Below are positions 59,401 to 64,000 of a stretch of DNA of 64,000 nucleotides, piece after piece. The first letter of the stretch is position 1. Every line of letters begins with the position of its first letter. The position numbers were made by a program, and so were the translations under genes. Under the pieces are notes generated by a model. That model saw nothing but the letters and a program-made list of their open reading frames with translations. It made no database searches and was not told the origin of the DNA. Origin of the DNA: an archaeon (GTDB lineage: Archaea; Iainarchaeota; Iainarchaeia; Iainarchaeales; 0-14-0-20-34-12); NCBI GenBank assembly GCA_038046645.1, contig JBBSVU010000016.1:11998-75997 (forward strand). Direction: 5' to 3'.

Positions 59401-60040
59401 GCAGATTGCCAAGGATTATGAAAAAAAGATAAAAGGGATAAAAAAAGAATTTAGTGTTTCATTGGATTTTGATTTGGGAATCCCTTCAGAAGAAACAGAG
59501 TTGAAGGATGATTTGGCTGAAACCAAACTTCTATTAGAGTCCACAAATTTGCTTTTGAAACAGAAGGATTACAATGCTGTTGAAGCCAATCTTTCCGCAA
59601 TAAATGGCAAATTATTAGGCATTGCAAATACCGAGGCATCACTTGAAACATTTTACCTAAATCAGGAACAGTGGATAAAGGATGTTTATGAGCTGAATAG
59701 CGAGATTGTGCAGGGCGAGACAGGAATCGCACCTGAAGATGTAAACATGGATGAATTGCTTACCCAGTTAGGTGTGAAGCTTCCAGAGGCATCTTCAGAA
59801 ACAACAACATCTACTCCGTTGACTGAAGAGGAGTATAATTACCTGCTTTTGCTTTTTGCGGTTTTCCTTATCTGTTTTGTCTTCTGGCTGTTGATGCTTT
59901 TGGACTGCCTAAAGCAGGAAAGCTTTAGACATTTGAATAAAATAGCATGGCTGTTTATAATATTCTTCACCCTGCTGCTGTTCAGCATAGGCCCGTTGCT
60001 TTATTTGCTTCTTGAGGTACTCCCTAGAAAGAAAAAGTAG
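56426..60040 (+). CDS. 1204-aa secreted, C-terminally anchored transglutaminase-like protein with Ig-like domain
   Basis: Signal peptide; GVCHGYS..HARTE..WLPVDSTW (Cys-His-Asp); Big_5-like ISPGNN..FNKPV; PLDc_N-like C-terminal TM hairpin. Confidence 0.87.
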   Translation: MDYKNSIFFISFFILFLSPLLFASNETFLASNSLSHENNCTDFSKASCIYPKPDVVPPDPFNQQLIQMQLDELAKKKVKDFFKSVVPEFMQNEAEDKIKSEYEKALVEGSEAAEKALLNKYPQYANYIKGLSKTVGKAITWINIAASLKDAGDAFNDWVAVHSNPYATSQEKLDADIAFYDSGFSALSGMLPPGFSHTALAITKAGTVILQGSSEKGQLESQQWQAQQAQSSASLAQTMQSTWQTYGTNTQNKTLIASVMTDDQLVDHVLGTGVGPQGQPLQSTPDPSILNYVSDDKKKDIAKKIISKAANGQLSLTMQQAKQVISQFPIGSGFVIKNSPLYMVITDPFGRKFGVSPKTQDVLCEAEEVFCSAPFKNDELQLISTPSLFEGKYNIKLYGFADGEFTFSFTAFNTSEKIESMQDIKGFIKKGQILETDIELTSIGEEYGEDGFEVSEIKFEESSEAFDVPKNPLNVPFKVLSISPGNNSIFRTEKPIIEIGFNKPVAENNSPGFVTNSKGEEVAGMVLVDNTTLKFIPAMPLPEDKYFIKISGMKDKFGVLLSNDLSASFEVVRSIETGLKSALSKPMVYRITHKLHLENKDDSAVSAIKIKVPFPKDYAPNQFVKYEGSSIKPIETSEDSYGNIWALWYIDSLQAGEKKEIDSNFLVLVFNVNYFDYVDFNALTKSYYANDDFLSQFECVESDDSLVKSQAKEIVKGEENPYIIAQEEYAWVTKNIKYQYAGEGEAGGAIKTLQTKKGVCHGYSCLYTALLRASDVPAKYASVLALENNSAELHARTEFLLQDYGWLPVDSTWGLNVNDWFLNVEPRQVRMHEQFPPSYPSDWLSYAGENLDTGIELNYGIYGVLDYNSLWSSDLKALYDAAHAVDFKRELLNLMPQDIDLNQSLKPMFIADLNKEFNNVLVEYIYSPKPYAELSRSLDKELLSLQGAAEEYFQNKAVKGQTAALRGSTESIYSSLLNEMQGLLEQYSADFKQIAKDYEKKIKGIKKEFSVSLDFDLGIPSEETELKDDLAETKLLLESTNLLLKQKDYNAVEANLSAINGKLLGIANTEASLETFYLNQEQWIKDVYELNSEIVQGETGIAPEDVNMDELLTQLGVKLPEASSETTTSTPLTEEEYNYLLLLFAVFLICFVFWLLMLLDCLKQESFRHLNKIAWLFIIFFTLLLFSIGPLLYLLLEVLPRKKK

Positions 60041-60087
60041 AATACGGATTTAAAAAAGATAAAAAAAGTAGAAATCCTGCCAAAGAA

Positions 60088-60996
60088 TTATTTCAAAATG
60101 TTTTTATCCAATAACATTTTGTAAACTGCTTGATACCCATCTGCCACAAATTCTGCTGCAATTATTACTGAAACCACCTCTAGCGAAAAATAAGTGCTTG
60201 CAATGAATAATCCGAGAATTGTATTTGTGTGATATGTGCTTAAAGAAATAGCAATTTTGTTTTCTCTGCTTTCTTTTCTTGCAACAAAAAAGCCAAATAG
60301 ACTAAGTATGAAGTATACAATTGCAGCATACCCTAATTGCCATAAGAATGAATAAAAATCGGTTAATTTGCCTGAATTTTGTGCAATAATTATCACAACA
60401 ATGCCAGCTATCAATAAAATGTTAATTCCTGACAAATGCCCTGCAAATTTTCCGACATTTGCTTCAAATTTTTTCTTCACTAAATATGCCAAAATCACTG
60501 GTGCTAACACAATCCCTGTTAATGAAAAAAACATTCCAATATAATCAAATCCAATTGTCTGGAACGAAACCAGAAACACCAAAAATGGAATCATTATTGG
60601 GGAAAGCAAATGCGTGGAAACAGTGAAGAGCAAAGTTAATGCATTGTTTCCTTTGAAAATGTCTGAAAAAATAATGTTCGACATTCCACTAGGGAGTGCT
60701 ATTATTAATAAACCAGCTAAAGCAAATTGCGGAGCAACTAAACTGGTTATAAAAAACACCAGCAATGGGGCAATTATTTTTATTATAAAAAACTTTTTCA
60801 CAAAATACTTGTAATCCTTTAAATGCTTTATAAAGAGTCTAAAATCCACTTTTAGGCTTGCTAAAAAAATGGCTAATGCGAACATGAACGGAGTAATGAA
60901 AGAAAATGCCCCTAATTTTGGAAATGAGAAACCAATTGCTATTGCCAGCAAAAAAACTATTACAAAATGTTTTTCAAGCAGTTTGAAGAAAGACAT
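60088..60996 (-). CDS. Bile acid:sodium symporter family transporter
   Basis: LPSGMSNIIFSDIFKGN.AL; multiple TM helices. Confidence 0.82.
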   Translation of the reverse strand: MSFFKLLEKHFVIVFLLAIAIGFSFPKLGAFSFITPFMFALAIFLASLKVDFRLFIKHLKDYKYFVKKFFIIKIIAPLLVFFITSLVAPQFALAGLLIIALPSGMSNIIFSDIFKGNNALTLLFTVSTHLLSPIMIPFLVFLVSFQTIGFDYIGMFFSLTGIVLAPVILAYLVKKKFEANVGKFAGHLSGINILLIAGIVVIIIAQNSGKLTDFYSFLWQLGYAAIVYFILSLFGFFVARKESRENKIAISLSTYHTNTILGLFIASTYFSLEVVSVIIAAEFVADGYQAVYKMLLDKNILK

Positions 60997-61060
60997 TTTT
61001 TCACTTTTTTAAAATGATTTTATACCAAATATGATTTGAATCTTTTGATATGCCGCTTAT

Positions 61061-61483
61061 TCACTTCCAAAGCGAAAATTTCTTTGTCAATTCAGAAACA
61101 ATATCCCAATTGCCAAATATTGCAATCCCGTAATATTCCAAATCAGCTTCCTTTGTTTGCCTGCTTCTTTCAATCTGTTCCTGGTATGTGCCAATCGTCA
61201 TAGTATTTGTAAAATCAACAAACTTAATATTATTTTGCATAAGTGCCTGCCTTAATTGCCTTAACTGATTTGAATTCCTTGCTTTCAAAACCACAAAAGG
61301 TATTTCTGAAATATTTGCATGGCTGTTTCCATTTGCATCAGCATAATCAGCCAGTCTCAATTCCTCTTTTTTCTCCACACTCGCCCCAAGCCCAACCACC
61401 ATGTGCGCCAATGCATTCATTGCAATGCCTGCATCTATTTTTTCATTCAATACAGCTATTAATTTATTTGAAAATTCAGCCAT
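61061..61483 (-). CDS. DUF2000 family (PTH2-like fold) protein
   Basis: GIAMNALAH..G, YADANGNSH, IPFVVLK, YYGIAIFG..TKKFSLW. Confidence 0.8.
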   Translation of the reverse strand: MAEFSNKLIAVLNEKIDAGIAMNALAHMVVGLGASVEKKEELRLADYADANGNSHANISEIPFVVLKARNSNQLRQLRQALMQNNIKFVDFTNTMTIGTYQEQIERSRQTKEADLEYYGIAIFGNWDIVSELTKKFSLWK

Positions 61484-61588
61484 AAAAGTTATCCTAATTT
61501 TTGTAGAATAATCTCTTTATATTGATTTATATAAACCTGATATAGATATTTTACAAAAGGTTTTTCATTTTCTTCAAGTCTTTTTAAA

Positions 61589-61645
61589 CCTTACGTTATT
61601 TCGTAAGAAATAATGTCCATTCCTTACGTTTTTAGGTAAGAAATA
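61589..61645. promoter_or_regulatory. Tandem palindromic 24-bp repeats (candidate operators)
   Basis: CCTTACGTTATTTCGTAAGAAATA and CCTTACGTTTTTAGGTAAGAAATA, 33-bp period. Confidence 0.5.
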
Positions 61646-61681
61646 TTGCTGTACTGGTGCTCTTATCCCAAAATGATTTCC

Positions 61682-62416
61682 TTATTTAAACATGCGGAAG
61701 AGGTCATTAGCCACGTTTGTGAAAGCAGGGTATGTTGCAAGCACCTCTCTCAGTTCACCCCATGCTTTTTCATTATTTCTTATTTTCCCAAAAAAGGCTT
61801 CTTGCTGGAATTTAGTTTTTATTAAAGACAGTTTCTTATTTATGAGTTTTTTTTCAATTTTTATTCCTTTATTCACGAGAAACCATAAATCATAAATGTC
61901 TTTTGCAAAAGTTCTTTGATAAATTGCCCTTACCTTTTCAGCCAATATTTCTCTCTCATCCATGCAAGTTACAAAATAAGGGGCTATATCAGCATAAAGG
62001 GGCGTAATCGGTACTGAGTTAGGCTTTAACTCTGTTTTTTCCTTCTTGCTTATCTGAATAGTGAGGCTATTCTTTAATAGTGCACTATCAAATATTATAA
62101 GGAGATTTAAACTGTATTTGCTGTTCTCCTTTTTTGTGAGCTTATTTGAGAGCCCATATGTTTCAAATATATTTGATACCTGTTCAATTGCTTTCTCTAC
62201 TCTTAAGGGCCCTTTTAGGTTGAAGTCAAGGTCTCTGCTGAACCTATGCAATCCATAGGCTTTCTGAAGTGCAGTTCCCCCTTTGAATACTAATTCTGTA
62301 CCAACTGTTGAATATAATTCCCTTAGGAATAAATGCTGCAAATAATCCTTTTCTGCCTGCCAAAAGCTAAATCCTAGCCTTTTTTCTACTTCCCTTATGT
62401 TATTTTTGTCTATCAT
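61682..62416 (-). CDS. abiEii: AbiEii nucleotidyltransferase toxin (type IV TA)
   Basis: EKDY, FKGGTAL, RFSRDLDF, EILAEK, KDIYDL. Confidence 0.9.
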   Translation of the reverse strand: MIDKNNIREVEKRLGFSFWQAEKDYLQHLFLRELYSTVGTELVFKGGTALQKAYGLHRFSRDLDFNLKGPLRVEKAIEQVSNIFETYGLSNKLTKKENSKYSLNLLIIFDSALLKNSLTIQISKKEKTELKPNSVPITPLYADIAPYFVTCMDEREILAEKVRAIYQRTFAKDIYDLWFLVNKGIKIEKKLINKKLSLIKTKFQQEAFFGKIRNNEKAWGELREVLATYPAFTNVANDLFRMFK

Positions 62417-63132
62417 TAACCCACCAGTATATTTTCAATAATGCGCCATTTATCATTCTTCTTTCCAACCCCCTTAAACCTGGGGTCTAAAGGGATATGG
62501 CTTCCTTTAATAAAACCACTTAATTCTTTATAACAATCAATGCCATTTTTATCAAGGATATAACCAAGCCTTTTTATTACAGCAGAAGACGAAAATTTCT
62601 TCGCATATAGCAACAATTTTTTTACATCAATGCCTTTGCCTTTAATTATTTCAAATACTTCGCTAATAGAATACCTTTCTGAAAAGTATATTATATCTAT
62701 AATTGCCTTCTCTGGTTCTGCTACAAAACAATGCCATCCATCCAAATGTTTAACCCCATACCCCCATAAACATTTTTCTCCAAGTGACAAGAAGTCTATC
62801 CTGTAGTCCCCTATTGCAATTTGTTTCTTTGTTTTTGTGCAAGCAACAGTTACAAGCGAAGGGATCTGCTCGCCTATCCCATTTACTGCCAAGGCAGAGA
62901 AGAAAGACAAATAGGAATTGCGAAGCAAGTGCGAAGCAACCGAAAAAATATTGGCTTCTGCAACCATATATTTTCCTTTTTCTATTCTTATTATTTTCCC
63001 TTTCACCTCCAGCCTGCGCGCCACCAACGAAGCATATTTTCTATTCCCTCCGGCAAAGCGGGCAATATCTGCAGTAGTTATAATGGGTTTCCTTGAAAGC
63101 CTTATCCTTTCAATTATTTCAAACCAATTCAT
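62416..63132 (-). CDS. abiEi: AbiEi antitoxin/regulator
   Basis: RIEKGKY, SYLSFFSAL, EPEKAIID, KRLGYILD. Confidence 0.88.
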   Translation of the reverse strand: MNWFEIIERIRLSRKPIITTADIARFAGGNRKYASLVARRLEVKGKIIRIEKGKYMVAEANIFSVASHLLRNSYLSFFSALAVNGIGEQIPSLVTVACTKTKKQIAIGDYRIDFLSLGEKCLWGYGVKHLDGWHCFVAEPEKAIIDIIYFSERYSISEVFEIIKGKGIDVKKLLLYAKKFSSSAVIKRLGYILDKNGIDCYKELSGFIKGSHIPLDPRFKGVGKKNDKWRIIENILVG

Positions 63133-63219
63133 AGAAATAAATAACGCATGGAAATCTATTTAAATATTTGCATTGAGATTTCTATCAAAAATGTATGAAA
63201 TCATAACATAGCTATTTTT

Positions 63220-64000
63220 TCACAATCCAAGCAGTTTCTTCATTTCTCCAAGCGAAGGAGGAACCCTTAATGCAGCAGCAGCCTGAACCCTTCTCTTCTC
63301 CCTTTCACCTATTCTGTACCTTTCAAAAGCTTTATAGAGCGTTGACTCATGTATCAATATTTCTTCCCTGATATTTTCCCATTCCTCTTCATTCATATTT
63401 TTGATTGCTTCTCGTTGCACCTCATTTAATGCTTTTTTATTCCCAAAAAACCAACCATAAAATAAGGGTGCTACATTAGTTTCATTTGCCCTGAATGGAT
63501 TAACATAATGTTCTTTACAAAGTGGAACATTCTGTTTCCTTGCTAATTCCCTAAACCTTTTTCCAATCACATCATCTGTTGCAAGGATAGCATAATCCAC
63601 ATCACTATATGCAGTAGCATAACCCTTTGCCATGCTTCCAAACACAACAATTCCAACAAACTTTTTGCCAAACTCTCCTCTTAATGACTGTGCAATCCCA
63701 TTTAACTGTTTCATCCTTGCCAACACATCAGGCAGGTTTGCGCTAGCCATAAATGGAACCCTCTTCCCTAATAGCAAAGACCGTCCTCTTATCTTTCGCA
63801 ATCCATTAGCCGCAGCCACTTTCACAAGCTCATCAGGATCCTTGCTTAATCTTTCCAATTCACGAATTCCCTTCTCACCCAAACCAACATAAACTTTTAC
63901 CAATCCATTAGCTGCAGCCTCTCTCATATCCCATCCCCATTCATAATCCTTGCTTAATCTTTCCAATTCACGAATTCCCTTCTCACCCAAACCAACATAA
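63220..64000 (-). CDS. HEAT-repeat protein with C-terminal polbeta-type nucleotidyltransferase domain (5' end outside window)
   Basis: GIRELERLSKD..AAANGL repeats (108-bp period); VFGSMAKG..SDVD. Confidence 0.8.
   Translation of the reverse strand, partial: YVGLGEKGIRELERLSKDYEWGWDMREAAANGLVKVYVGLGEKGIRELERLSKDPDELVKVAAANGLRKIRGRSLLLGKRVPFMASANLPDVLARMKQLNGIAQSLRGEFGKKFVGIVVFGSMAKGYATAYSDVDYAILATDDVIGKRFRELARKQNVPLCKEHYVNPFRANETNVAPLFYGWFFGNKKALNEVQREAIKNMNEEEWENIREEILIHESTLYKAFERYRIGEREKRRVQAAAALRVPPSLGEMKKLLGL

Overview
AT-rich archaeal chromosomal window. Leaderless TATA promoters, Lrp/TrmB regulators, scpA/scpB, a KaiC-like ATPase, LysW and many basic orphan ORFs point to a DPANN lineage; Iainarchaeota/Diapherotrites-like is my inference, not tested. 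Metabolic genes: adk, ahcY, a metF-metH cobalamin methionine synthase operon, a complete 10-gene LysW/alpha-aminoadipate lysine operon with an Lrp regulator, an SsuABC-type ABC importer, hppA and nnrD. There are four intact toxin-antitoxin pairs (VapBC, HicBA, RelE/RHH, AbiE) plus one decayed pair, and six large or repeat-rich secreted proteins. Most notable: (1) an unnamed 'ETG-AYxKYGxDRILWDW-CDAxQF' domain links a secreted SLT-fused protein to an operon headed by a stand-alone SLT lytic transglycosylase, suggesting a modular surface peptidoglycan-attack system; (2) three structured 118-138 bp IS200/IS605-type non-autonomous elements, all inserted 3' of TCAC, two with compensatory changes; (3) an intergenic array of four inverted-repeat units with co-varying centres; (4) a basic protein with two HMG/YABBY-like motifs whose C-terminal domain recurs as the next gene; (5) a three-member orphan paralog family. 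No rRNA, tRNA or CRISPR array was recognised.
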